Origin: Octopus sinensis
Lineage: Eukaryota
Direction: 5' to 3'
Length of the DNA: 64,000 nucleotides
Assembly (NCBI RefSeq): GCF_006345805.1
Contig: NC_043004.1
Span: 49,786,001 to 49,850,000, forward strand
The position numbers were made by a program, and so were the translations under genes. This document shows, in pieces, positions 33,226-47,199 of this stretch. The notes below the pieces were generated by a model. It was not told the origin of the DNA. It ran no database searches and was given only the letters and a program-made list of their open reading frames with translations. Each line of letters starts with the position of its first letter. Positions within the stretch are counted from its first letter, which is position 1.

Positions 33226-34538
33226 TTATCCGAGAACAACGTCATAATTTAGGAAGTAATTTCCTGTCGAGCAAGCAAACTGGTTTCATTTCCTGGTTGA
33301 AGTCTGTTCACGCCGCTTACAACACTATCATTTAAAACAATACTAACGTCATACACATTCATTTATTTCTGCTTTCATGTCGATACGATCAGTGAAGAGC
33401 AGGCTGAGTCACGAAAGCACCACACTAAAGATTTTATAGTATTCACTTTCGCTTGCCATATTTTTTTAGCTAAAATTCTGTCGAGGACTCTGCTTTTCAT
33501 TCTTCTAAGCTCGTAATATAATCCTCAGATTTAAATTACGCAGTTTGTCTCATCTATTGACAATATCCATTCATTCCCTAGTATACATTGGTCAAGTGCC
33601 CCAGAAAACACTATTAAATTATTTTGATACAGTTTTTATTGAATTCCTATTAATGCTGCCTTGTAAAAATCTACCGTTCTTCATTTATTTTTTTTCACAT
33701 CCGATACTATGGTTGAAATTCACCTCAATATTTCACCTTCATCATTCTGTTAGACATCCACAGTTTTAAGTAACGTACACGTTTTTTTTTTTTTTAGTTA
33801 GCCACCATTTTAAGTGTTGCTTATAAAAGCAGTGGTGAGATCACATCTAAATGGAAACTTTCTGAAGAGAGGTGAGAGAGACTCACCATCAAAGACTGTG
33901 CAATAGATACATATATAAAATATCCGTCAAAATTTATAACAGAAAATAGGACGAAGGGCTTGCAGAAACATTATAGTATCCATGTAAATACAATAACTTT
34001 CAGCTCTTAATGTTCTGATTTCGAATCCTGCCTGGTACAGGCTTGCTATTCATTCCTCTAGGATTCCATAAAATAAATGACTTGTCACTATCAATCCGTC
34101 AAAAATCTGACCTTTCACCTTCTTCAAGGAGACCAATATTTATCAACCGCAAAAGACTGTTGCTCTAACATTTGTGATAAATCTTTACCCTAAATGGGAA
34201 TGTTGTTATTATTTGTTTTTTTTTCTTTTAAGATTATGTTGTGTCAATTTGTATTTAATATTTTGAACTATAATTAATACAATATGGAAAGTTGTAAGAT
34301 AATTTAAATATTGGCAAAGGGTTGTATTATATACACAACGGTAATTTAAGAATTTTGATATGTTACAGCAAAAATAACAATCATTTCAATTGAAACTTCC
34401 ATAATGTTTTTTTTTTGTTTTTTAATTTGCGGAGAGACTAGAAGATCGTGTTTTTTCAGAATACTCTGAGACAAAGTTTGTGACATGCTGTTCACTTTGA
34501 CATACACCCATATTACGCACTCCACTCTCTCTCTCTCT

Positions 34539-34580
<42 letters not shown>

Positions 34581-34601
34581 CACACACACACACGCACACA
34601 A

Positions 34602-34633
<32 letters not shown>

Positions 34634-34712
34634 AACACTCACACAAACACACACAAACACACACAAACACTGACACACACAGACACGCACATTTATAATA
34701 TATGAATATATG

Positions 34713-34821
<109 letters not shown>

Positions 34822-35073
34822 TCGTGTAAGAATCAGAACAAATCAGTGTCATAGCAATCACATTACCCATCACACCAGCTTTTCTGATGAGCGTTGGGAT
34901 AAGGTCTACTCCTAAATCTTAGGTTTACTCCTACCTATAGGTAAGGCTGGCTGAAATGAATCTATAATAACTACATCTATACCTACCTACCTACCCACCT
35001 ACTAACATATATACATTCATGCATACACAGACAAGGACACACACATATATGTGTGTGTGAGTGTGTTTGTATG

Positions 35074-35123
<50 letters not shown>

Positions 35124-35652
35124 CCCTTCAGAAGTCATTTTCGCGCGCAAATTTCATACATACAATCATCCATCAATTCATCCATCCATCCAGCTAGCCA
35201 TCCATCCATCCATCCATCCATCTACCCATACATACACGTATGCATACTCACACGCACACGAACGCACATACACACATATACACACACATACACACACACA
35301 AGCCTCTGTGTGTGTGTATGTGGACACGTGTTTGGTGTGTATTCTGAAAAATTTCGCTTCCAATCAAAAAATACCCCGAAACAGATTCAAAACCACTTCA
35401 GTGCCTTATACGAAGATTACTTCCACTGCCAAACATTCACCATTCCTGGTCAAAACGAATAATTTATGACTTATCAAAGAACTCACTTTCGTTTTGACAA
35501 TTTTGTTCGTCTTCTTTGATTATTACACTGTGATTTCAATACTATACTTTATCTATTATTTATTATCTATATTTATATTTATATATTGACATAATTATTT
35601 ATTATATTTATATATTCATATCGATAATGTGTGTATACATATATACATATAT

Positions 35653-35705
<53 letters not shown>

Positions 35706-36228
35706 TATACGGTGCACAAGTCATTCATTGCATAGTGACGCAAGAAATATTTATAAATATTTAAGATATTTATATGTTATATATATATGATATCTACGTA
35801 TATTATATATGCATTTATATTTATGTTTATTTTATTGTATTCCTGATATTGATCTCACAATTTTGTCCAATACAAAACACTTTATGAATATAAAACGTGT
35901 TACTATTATTATTATTGTTGTTGTTGTTGTTGTTGTTGTTTTTGTTGTTGAAGGTGGCATCTGGTACAATCGTATGAACGCCGAACATGATGTTTAACGG
36001 TTGCATTTCGATCGTCTTGAGTTAAAATGCCTCCGAGGTCGACTTTGTCTTTCATCTTTTCGATGTCAATAAAAGTACCAATCGGTCACTGGGGACATAT
36101 ACGATCGATTTGTCAGCACTAAGAAAAGAAGAGGAAAAAAAAAAAGAAAGAAAGAAATGCCCGATTAATTTGTTCGGTGAAATAAAATAATTATTTGCAT
36201 GTCTTCTCAAAAATATGTTTTGCTTGAA

Positions 36229-36635
36229 ATATATAAATCGCTGTCTTTTTATTGTACATAAATATATTTACACAATAAAAAATTATACATTAGACTGAAT
36301 GTATAAATTTTCTGAAGTTTACGTTACAGTATTTATGATACCATGTGAAAGTGCTTGATCTAGTGTCGGCTTCACATTCATAAGGTTCGATTCCATTACC
36401 AAGCGTCCCTGAGTCCTTAACAAAGACATTTTATTTTGTTTAATCAGTTGAATGAGTGCTAGTCGGGTGCAGATACGACCCTCTCTTCTTCCACCTATTC
36501 CATGCCCAAGTTCCACTGATTAAAGGTGGGAGGACTGTGAGGGCATCTATGTCTGTTTGCGATTAAAACCTATTAGCAAAATCATAGGACTAGCTACCAA
36601 CACTATTACATTACCGAAGCCCGATGCTTTTGGCT
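36229..36635 (-). repeat. Right arm of a 407-bp inverted duplication
   Basis: Reverse complement of 30378-30784. Confidence 0.97.
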
Positions 36636-37027
36636 CATCTGTACTGCATTATTAGTAATAGATTCTGTAAATTTAATGCCTGAATAGGAAAACAATATTG
36701 CTAATGTGAGTTATCAATCATCTTAGACATCCTGTTTGACTCGGTCAAATTATTTTTCTTCTTGAATATATGAAACGAAGCAAAAATTAAAAAAAATAAT
36801 CTCTACAACACATAACAGGACTCAGGCAATTAAAGGTAGACGTTAATTAGTGTATAGAAGAAGAAGAGGGAAAGGAAAAGAAAGAGAGAGAGAGAAAGGA
36901 AGAGCCCGAGAGACTGGGCACAAGAAAAGAGTCCAAGAAAGAAAAGAGAGGGAGAGAGAGAGAGAGAGCATGGTAGTAAAGAGAGACAGAGCACGGTAGA
37001 GATAAAAAGTGAGAGATAGAAAATGGG

Positions 37028-37070
<43 letters not shown>

Positions 37071-37639
37071 CAAACAGACAGACATAAGTAACCCAGAGAG
37101 GCAGAATCGGTTTTGAAACATTTCCCTATGGAACACAAGAATCCAAATCATTTTACCGGCAAAATTTAAAACTCAGCTGTAGTTACATGAGCAAATAGGG
37201 GATTAGCATAATAAATAGTAGGTACCGCTAATCACCTCATAAATCCGAGCATTCAAAAACCAATTCCGTGGACCCTAATAATTTAGAGAATAAATTTACA
37301 ATCTATAAATGTTTTTGAATAACCACTCACTCATCTGGGAAGGCCTTGAAATCAATGTTACCATCTGGGTACTATGTGTGACCTAGTGATAAAAAGACTC
37401 AAAGGAGGTCTGCAACTAAATAACTTTACTCAACACTTTGCAACTGAATCAGTGGAGGCAAAGGTGCCTCTCATTTACCTGACAATTTATGCACCACATT
37501 GCAGAAATCACAATCTAAGTGTATGTCAAAGCAAACTCTTACACTGTTGTACCATTGAATTACAAATAATGCTCATCTGTTATGCTCGGATGACCCTACA
37601 GCTTCAAAGAGTACAACTGTATTCGTCTTTGCTTTGATA

Positions 37640-38290
37640 AAATGACTAAATTGTGTGTGTTAAGTTCCCATAAAGGGGTCTTTTTAATTTTTAAGGAGAT
37701 GAAATTTTAGAAATATTACTTCATTTGTGTCTAATATCTATGGTTAAAATTTCATCAACAGCAAAAATATATGAATTTTCATGGGAGTTATGGCTCTTAT
37801 GCATAAAATACAATTTCCAAATTTCATAAAGATCCATTCAGTACTTTTGACCTAGTTTTGGATTATTAAAAAATTACTAAAATTTGGGAGTTAAGGCTCC
37901 CATTAGGGTGTCTCAGAATCCTCATGTGAAGTGGTAACTTTGAGAATACTTCTTGATGTGTGTCAATTACCCATGGTTGAAATTTCATCAACATCGAAAA
38001 TTTATGAATTTTCATGGGGGGTTCTGCCCCCTTTAAGCCATCTGGAATTCAAACCAAACCTATTGCATTATACCCGCATTGAATCTAAGTTCCAACTATC
38101 ATAAGGATCCATTTAGTAATTTTGGTCCATGAAATTGTATGAAACACACAGCACTACCCTTCCCCCTAGGCTTGGATTTTGTGTTCCAAATTTCATTAGG
38201 TTCGGTGCAATAGTTTTCGAATGTATAAGTAACACACGAACACACATAAAGGCATTGACTTTTATATAATAGATATGAATATGCACATAT
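37640..38290 (+). mobile_element. Possible HINE-type relic with an internal duplication
   Basis: aaatttcatcaac...atgaattttcatggg occurs twice (~37747 and ~37980); ccaaatttcat...cggtgcaatagtttt...ttttatataatagat 3' end. Confidence 0.4.
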
Positions 38291-39229
38291 ACATACATGT
38301 ATATATATATATATGGCTGCCAACTCGTTATCGAGTATGGCCATTGTGCGAAGCTTAATCAATGTTGTTATCGTGCAATGCCTGCGCAAGAAGATTTTTT
38401 TAAAGTAAGGAAGAGCTGTGCACTGAGTCAATCCCACTCACTAAGCAACAGCAGCCGTAATCCGAAAAGAAGAACAAGTCTACATCATCGGTAACCACTG
38501 AGCCGCAGGTTTTATATCGGAGTTATCCCAGTTACCTGAGTTACCTTCTCCTAGAAGGATGCCCTAACAAAGGCTAGGAGTCCTTCACTCCCAATAGTTT
38601 AACCGCGCAATGGGGTATTCAATTCGATTATTTCTATGTCCCCGCGCATGATACAGCCTTCAAAGACATTTATTGGATGGCCGTTGACTCTCAAGAGTTC
38701 CTCCGCCCTTTGACGGGTTTTGTTTTTCATTCCGCAGCTTGGTGGGGTTGCCGGTTTAGTCGCCGACGACCCGACCATGCAACGGGTTGTAGTGGGTTAC
38801 ATGTTACCAGTAGCACTCGAAAGTGACCTGACATATATATATATATGTGTCAATTATATATACATGTGTCATATATGACATATATATGTGTCAATATATA
38901 TACACATACATACATACATACATATATATATATATATAGAATAAGTACCAAGCAAATCAAAATAAAAAAAAAACACTAGGCAGTGTCTCATATTTTTGTT
39001 TGCCCACTCACTTGTATCTATCAATCAATCTTTTTGTGTGTGTATATATATATATATATATATACAATAATAGAATTAAGAATACACACATACACACCCA
39101 CACGCACACCCACTCACACCCACATATATAGATATATAAACACACATAGAGGTGTAGTGTGTGTGCATATATATATATATAATATATATATATATATATA
39201 GGTCACAAAAGTGACGGAGGGTGATGGCC

Positions 39230-41265
39230 AGCACCGCTTATGCTGAAATAAGACCTAAATTAACTCTAAAGCATCCGAGGCCCTATAATAATGACTGACA
39301 AAAGAAGGTAAGTTTTTTAAGAGCTTAGGAGATACAAAAGATAATATATCTTCTGAAGCAGGGGGAAACTCGCCAATTTTGGAATAACATCTGGTGGGCA
39401 AGAAGTTACCCACAACCACAATACTGAGTGGATTTATTCTGTGAGATCCGAACTCCATGGTCCGGAGTTACCACGACAGGCTACTGGTTTAACTGATTTA
39501 GGTCAACACACAAGTGAATTGCGTTGCAATTAGACAATTGCCTACAGAGTGGTGGCGTTTCGGAATGGATTGAAGAGGGAAAGATAACATTGTTGAGGAT
39601 AGATCGGTCAAAGGGTAATGAGGTTGGCAATTACCGACCCAATGCTTGTCTTAACCTCTTATGGAAAGTGTTAACTGGCATACTCGCAGGTAAAATATAT
39701 ACGTTCCTTGCGGAAAACAATCTACTTCTAGGATCCAGGGCACCAAGGACTACCTTGTGGTAGAGAAGGTTGTAATGAAGAACTGCAAACGGTGCCAAAA
39801 AAACTTAGGCATGGCCTGGGTAGACTTAAAAAAAACTTACATGTTATCGCATTCGTGGATTCTGGAAACAGTCGACATGTGTGGAATAGCTGAGAACGTG
39901 TGTGCTCTGATTAAGAACAGTATGCCTAGTTGGAAACCACGTGTTTTCTGTAACAACCAGCATTTAGCCAAGGTAACAATCAAAAGTGGTATCTTCCGGG
40001 GAGATTCTTGTCCACCTTTGGTATTTGTTATAGCATTGATCCCACTTTCTGTAGTCCTACGCAAAATCAACACACGCTATGAGCTATGAAAGAATGGACC
40101 TCGTCTCAACCACCTTCAATTCATGGATGACTTAAAGCTGTTCGCGAAAACAGAGTATGAAATGTAGAGGCTGGTTGAGACTGCAGATATGCAGCAAGGA
40201 TATAGGGATGAAATTCGGTATCTCGAATTTTAAAACGGGGAAAAAGAGGAGATTATAGGGGTATAGAATTGCCAAACGGAGAACGAATGGAAGACCCGGA
40301 TGATGATAGGTACAAGTACCTTGGGATCCTGGAACAGGACAATATCTTGCACAGAGACATGAAAGATCAGGTCATCATTGCATATTTGAAGCCAACGAGA
40401 GAGAAGAAACTCTACTCCGCATGGAATTACATGGTCAGTTCCACCGTAAAACTAACAAATCAAAAGACCAGGAAGCATCATTGAGGTAGCTAAGCAAAAA
40501 AGAAGACTGGACACCAAATTATCGCTGGCCAGGATCAGGTATTGAACACCAACTCAGTGATAAGGGATATATACCACACAAATGCAACGAACTTCTGCAG
40601 AATGTGTGGGAAGAGGGTTGAAATCGTGACTCAAATTGTTAGTGCTTGTGAAAGTCTTGCGCAGAAAGAGTACAAGCACAGACACAACAAGGTTGCCAAA
40701 ACCCTTCACTGACAAATATGCGGGGAGAATGGATATGAGGTAACAGGTGCTTGGTATCAACGTAGACCGGAAAAAGGTAATGGACGAAAAGGGGAAGGCA
40801 AAAATCCTCAGGGACTTTGACTTTCAGATAGACAAGGTGTTAGAGCACTGAAGGCCGGACATAGTAATCTTTAGGAGGGACAAACAAGAGCGCCTAATAA
40901 TCGACGTGGTAGTGCCAGGAGATCATCATGAAAGAAAGAGAAGAGAATGGTAAATATGGAGACCTGAGAATTGAGATCGCCAAGATGTGGAAGCTTCGAG
41001 AGTCAAAAATAAAGGTTGTCCCTGTTGTCATCGGAGCATTGGGTTCAATACCACCCAATCGGAAGAAACATCTGGAAACATTAGAAACACCCTACAATCT
41101 GGATATATTGCAAAAAAATCGGCATTACAACAGCATGCATATTGCGTAAAGTACTGTCTGCCTGAGGTCTTTGTTGTGATTTGACAGACAGTACAAACCC
41201 TCGGTAGACATAATCTCTTCAATCAACAACATCACGATATTGGATACTGTGTGACGTCTTAGATA
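39230..41265 (+). mobile_element. Degenerate R4/Dong-like RLE non-LTR retrotransposon (RT plus restriction-like endonuclease), 5'-truncated
   Basis: NYRPNACL, GIFRGDS, LNHLQFMDDLKLFAK, YKYLGILE, then CRMCG...IVSAC...YKHRHNKVA, PDIVI, IIDVVVP, KYGDL and VVPVVIGALG; ends in (GAT/CAA/AAT)n. Confidence 0.88.
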
Positions 41266-41340
41266 ATGATGATGATGCTGATGATGATGACGACGACGAT
41301 GATGATGATAACAACAACAACAATAATAATAATAATAATT

Positions 41341-41386
<46 letters not shown>

Positions 41387-41416
41387 CAACAACAGCAAAA
41401 ACAACAACAACAACAA

Positions 41417-41751
41417 TTTCTTTTCTTAAAGACTCCGCCGGTTACGACGACGAGGGTCCCAGCTGATACGATCAACGGAACAGCTTGCTCGTGAAATTAA
41501 CGTGCAAATGGCTGAGCATTCCACAGACACGTGTACCCTTAACGTAGTTCTCGGGGATAATCAGCGTGACACAGAGAGTGACAAGGCTGACCCTTTGAAA
41601 TACAAGTACAACTCATTTTTGCCAGCTGAGTGGACTGGAGCAACGTGAAATAAAGTGTCTTGCTCAAGGACACAACGCGTCGCCGGGAATCGAACTCACA
41701 ACCTTACGATCATGAGCCGAATGCCCTAACCACTAAGCCACGCGCCCTCAC
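41417..41751 (-). mobile_element. tRNA-derived SINE family D
   Basis: Minus strand begins ggcgcgtggcttagtggttagggcattcggctcatgatcgtaaggttgtgagttcgattccc (A and B boxes), then tgtgtccttgagcaagacacttt and a non-tRNA body. Confidence 0.8.
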
Positions 41752-41774
41752 ACAACAACAATACCACTAATAGC

Positions 41775-41988
41775 AATAATAATTCTTTCTACTATAGGCA
41801 AAAGGCCTGAAATTTGGGGGAGGGGTTCAGTCGATTAGATCTACCCCAGTACGCAACTGGTACCTAAGTTATCGAACCTGAAAGAATGAAAGGCAAAGTC
41901 GACCTCGACGGAATTTGAACTCAGAACATGAAGACAGACGAAATACCGCTAAACATTTTCGCCTGGCGTGCTAACGATTCTGCCAACT

Positions 41989-41990
<2 letters not shown>
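41775..41990 (-). mobile_element. SINE family B, tail type 2
   Basis: Reverse complement of the head and core with the tttcaggcc...gaaag tail. Confidence 0.8.
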
Positions 41991-42042
<52 letters not shown>

Positions 42043-42485
42043 CAGCAGCAGCAGTAGTCATGCAGAGCTTGAAAGAAAAACAAAAAAATCATTGAAAAAC
42101 ACGAAAATTATGTAAGAAATTAGTATTATACAACACTGGCTTGGTCAAAGCTACTTGTAATGGCGGCAACGTATCTTCAGAAAGGTCCACGTGTTCAAGT
42201 CACGTGTTGTACGAGCAACTATTTGCAGCTGTAGATTAGGAAAGGAGCTAAGCAACATTTCGGTCTTCTTGTCTTCTTTATTTCTTCTTTCATTTCTTCT
42301 TCCCTCTCTTATCTTCTCATCTATGTATCATTTGTGAGGGAGAACAATATTTATATATATATAAAAAAAAAAAAAAACTTTGCTGGCTGAGCGAAAAAGA
42401 GAAACTTGCTTGTTCCCTCATCTTACAAACATCTGTTAATTCAAAAAGACTGTACCGAGGTTCACGCCAATGCCAACTATATTTA

Positions 42486-42550
<65 letters not shown>

Positions 42551-42922
42551 GTTGTTATTGCAGTTTTTGCTGTTGTTGTGGTGGTGGTGGTGGAAGTTAT
42601 CGCTGCTGTTATTGTTAATATTGTAGTTGTTCAACTGATGCACATTTAAAAGTAAACTGTGCAGCGCCAGCATCATCAAAGGGGCAAAGTCCTTTTCCCA
42701 AACCCTTATCTACCTTGTATTTCTTTAATTTATTTTCTGCTACTTCTACTTCTTTAGATATTTCTCTTGGGTCGCAACCGTCTCTCAAATCGAACAATCT
42801 ACACTTTGCTTCTAGATCAACGACAGAACAAACCCTTCGCTAAAGCACACTCCGCGTAGACTCTCGAGACAAGAATCTTAGTACAAACATCATTATTTCC
42901 TTCTTAACAAAAAGGCTTGCAA

Positions 42923-42983
<61 letters not shown>

Positions 42984-43957
42984 TAGAGAGACACTATGCA
43001 TGACGATGGTCACGTGTATCAAGATCTTTTTCAATACATACTTTCAGATGACCTTTGCCCTTTGACTAGATTACCTTCCATTGAATCAACGCATTTTTTC
43101 TCTTTATTATTACACCAATCTGAAGTCCCCCCTTATAAAACATAAGGAGAAAAAGAGAAAGAGAATGAGAGCAAGGCAGAAGCAGACAGGTAAAGGGGGA
43201 AGCCAACTGCAGGTACCAGCTCCAGTTGCCCGGTTTCCATTCCATAGCCGGTTCGTTTAGATCTGAATTGATTCAAGTTTTATTTATGTGTCATTGCCTA
43301 AGTTTGATCTTGCCTTCTCTACTTTTTTCCTGAATTCGGCGCGGTGTCTCCTCCTAGCAACTAACACACCAGCCAAGCCTTTGGTCAGTGTGTTTCCTTT
43401 CATGATAGTAACACAGCTTTAAAAACAGGCAGAGCCTCTCAAAGATAAACACATTGAGGCGGAGTGCAGAAGTGCATAAGTACAGACGTGCGAGTAGGCA
43501 TCAAATCGATGAGGAATTACGGTGTATTCTGGATCGAATTTTGCAGCCAGTTTTATTCTTGTTTACATGTTGGCCTGGACAATAAATGTTAACTTGAAGT
43601 GACGTATTCATAGAATACAATTCGGAAGAAGCAGCCAACTTGGTGTCCCTAGTGGATAGAGCGATAGATAAATTGCCTATATTAGGCCTGATACACTAAC
43701 GTTTACTAGATATTTAGAGTTAAACTTGAAGTGTAGAACATATCTATCTATAAGTGCAGGCAAAGCGTGATGCTCAGAAGTTTGCTTTCTAATCATATGA
43801 TTTCACATGGCTTCGGGTTCATTTCCACTTCGTGACACCTTGGGTGTCTTCTGCTATAGTCCTTGGCTGACTAAAGACTTGAGAGTGAATTTGGTTGACG
43901 GAAACTGAAAGAAGACCGTAGTATGTACATATGTATATGTATATGTATATGTATGTG

Positions 43958-44022
<65 letters not shown>

Positions 44023-44333
44023 CAGGATAAGATCGTTATTTAAAATACCGATCACATCAAGTGGCTAGCATGGGAATAAAAACCGTATAGGTATTAATTA
44101 TTATTATTAAGATTATAATTAAGGGTATCTAAGATACCACCATGCTAGAGATAGCAGTCAAAACTTGACTCTCAAACCACTTCATGTATCTATACAGCAC
44201 AAGGTGAAAAGACAAATAGACAAATAAACTAGTAAAAAATTATTAGATAATCCCAGATTCGGATTTCTGGCTCTGTATAAAAATATACTATACCTCATTA
44301 GTGGGATATACACAGAGAGTACATAATTACAAA

Positions 44334-44378
<45 letters not shown>

Positions 44379-44595
44379 GTATTATGTGTGTGTGTCTTTG
44401 TGCTTGTGTCTGTTTCCATGCTGCTTGATAACCAGTGTTGGTTTTTTACGGCCCATAACTTAGTAGTTTGGCAAACAAGAACTGATAGAATAAGTACCAG
44501 AGGTTAAAGATCAGTACTGGGATTGATTTGTTTGACTAAAATCTTTCAAGGTGGTGCAGCAGCATGGCTGAAGAAAAGGCAAAAGATAATCGATC

Positions 44596-45008
44596 GGCGA
44601 GCTGGCAGAATCGTTAGCAGGCCGGGCGAAATGCTTCGCGGTATTTCGTCTGCCGTTGCGTTCTGAGTTCAAATTCCGCCGGGGTCGACTTTGCCTTTCA
44701 TCCTTTCGGGGTCGATAAATTAAGTACCAGTTATGCACTGGGGTCGATATAATCGACTTAATCCGTTTGTCTGTCCTTGTTTGTCCTCTCTATGTTTAGC
44801 CCCTTGTGGGTAGTAAAGAAATAGGTATTTTGTCTGTCGTTGCGTTCTGAGTTCAAATTCCACCGGGGTCGACTTTACCTTTCATCCTTTCGAGGTCGAT
44901 AAATTAAGTACCAGTTATGCACTGGAGTCGATATAATCGACTTAATCCGTTTGTCTGTCCTTGTTTGTCATCTCTGTGTTTAGCCCCTTGTGGATAGTAA
45001 AGAAATAG
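44596..45008 (+). mobile_element. SINE family B dimer
   Basis: Full unit plus 5'-truncated unit, flanked by agataatcgatc / agataatctatc direct repeats. Confidence 0.88.
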
Positions 45009-45011
45009 ATA

Positions 45012-45096
<85 letters not shown>

Positions 45097-46079
45097 AAAT
45101 CAAATCGTGTATAAATAAGCACACCTACACATGAATATATTTGTATGTACATATCAGTGAATATATGTTAATATATGTATCTTTCTGGCTGTTATATGTT
45201 AAGAAAACGACTATGTTCAAGTTTGATATTTTTAGGAGCGATTTTTTATATATTTCCCTACGTTTGGCTTGGCACACAAAGCTCCCAAATCCTAAGTCTG
45301 ATATTTCGAGACTTTCACAACTTCATTTTCAAGAGAAACTAGTATTAATGGCGTACTATCCAAACGCTGTGCAGATTCCAAAGTGTATTCAGAATAATTT
45401 CATAACTGATAAACATCATCAACATTGCCTTTAGAATTAGACAAGAGTAAGTTCTTACACTATGCAACATGCGTGCTCCGTGTATTTTTATTGGTGCTGT
45501 GTTTGTTGCATCGGTGTTGGTGAATTTGTGTTTGTAAGTTACCTTCCCGTGTCGCACTGACTCATAAGGGCCGGTTTTCCGGTTTCATGGTGGATACATT
45601 CTCCACCTGGACGGGACGCCGGTCCGTCTCAGGATTACTTTACGTTCTCAATTTACTTCCTATCCAGGTCAACGATGCTTTTCATCCTTCCTAGGTTGAT
45701 AAAATAAAGTACCAGTCAAGCACTTCATTTCTTGCGAGGCTGCCGAAAATAAAATGCGAAACTCTCTACCTTCGATTCAGTTTTCCAGTTTATTCTCACC
45801 AATGGTCAGGAATATTGAGTGATAATCGAACGACTTCGATCACAAATACAGTCAGTCGCAATGGGATTCCTGCGAAGGATCTCTAGCGTTAAGTTACGCG
45901 ACAGGACCTGTGGCTCTGAGATCAGTGAGTCTCTCCATATCGTGCTGCTAATTCTTCACATTGACTGGTAATATGCCATACGGTTCCATAATTTTGTCCA
46001 CAAATTCTGCACTTATCACTTTCTGATGTGTTGTCTATTCTGTATTTGATGTAATTGATTCTTAATACTTACTCTTGGG

Positions 46080-46360
46080 CAGCAGGGATTAGAGCTCTAG
46101 TATTACAGACATAGGATTAGAATATCGCAGGAAAGAACCGCTAGACAGATTTTTTTAAATCGAGGCAACCGTTAGGAGATCTAGGGGTAGACCAAGAACG
46201 AGATGGTTGGTTAATATCGATAGTATCAGCTGGTCATGCCCGGGAATCCGGCCAGAAAACACAATGATAGTTGCTTCTAGTAGGACCCTAAGGAGATGCC
46301 TGAGGAATCTGTCCATAATGACCCTCCTAGGAATTGTGGTCGGAGAAGATGGATGGATAC
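46080..46360 (+). mobile_element. RTE-type LINE 3' fragment
   Basis: ERTARQIF...RRSRGRPRTRWLVNID matches the RTE ORF C-terminal RxRGRPxxRW motif. Confidence 0.6.
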
Positions 46361-46578
46361 TACAGAAGTTGAAATAGAAAGCATATTATATATCAGAACT
46401 GGTGTTTTCGTTTAAATTGTATAGAAGAAATTTGAGTGTTTAGCAGCGTAATGAGATGATAACTAACATGACGTATTATAAACAAATTCCTTATATTTCA
46501 AAACGACCTTGTCTTAGACTGTAGATTTCTCATAAGGGAAGAAAGCTTAATCTCGAAAACAGCTATGCAATATTATAT

Positions 46579-46960
46579 ATACTAGTGTGATCCGTGAATA
46601 TCTCACGGAATTAATGGTAAACCTATTGGGTTATTTCTGAAAGCTTTATCCAAAAAATCTGAAAGCGTAGTCTGTGTTGTGTGTCGCTCATCTGCAACTC
46701 ACTGAAAAGTGAAAGAAAATGGAAAACGATGATTACTTAATGCTCTTTATATACTTTATGCGCAGTTTTCATAAAATAAATATTCACTCTCATTTTCCCA
46801 TTTTTCCCATAGAAAATATCCCGTACATAGGATACAACTTTTATTTGAATTGCATATATCTGCCACGTACGTAAGAGAGAATATTTCACTGAATTGCACC
46901 TATGCGCATGCGTTAAGTGATAGGCGATATGAAAAAAACTTAGTTCAATTAAAAAACAAA
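46579..46960 (+). mobile_element. Possible HINE-type 5' end
   Basis: atactag followed by the hairpin tccgtga-atatc-tcacgga; right boundary uncertain. Confidence 0.3.
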
Positions 46961-47199
46961 AATTTCACTATCCACTCACCACCGCCACCTCCATCTCCAC
47001 CACCACCACCACCACCACCACCATAGTGCCTTTAACGATAAGACTGGGAAATTCGTATATCGGCGGCACCCGCAAGATTTGCGTAGAATTAGGGCTCGAG
47101 CAAACATATCAATACAGGGTGGACGTACGAAAGTAAACAAATGTGGTATTTAATGCATTTTTCGTTTATGGAATAACTGAACGCCACGCATACCGACTT

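Noticed and set aside
41680-41751. tRNA gene on the minus strand (and similar heads of SINE A and B)
   Set aside because: A and B boxes are present, but the acceptor stem does not close and the sequence continues into a SINE body.
42615-42840. Complex-looking minus-strand frame (RRVCSVVDLEAKCRLFDLRDGCDPREISKE...VEQLQY*) as an exon of another gene
   Set aside because: No recognisable homology, a weak acceptor and no partner exons; open frames of about 75 codons are expected several times by chance in 64 kb. A TBLASTN or RNA-seq check would settle it.
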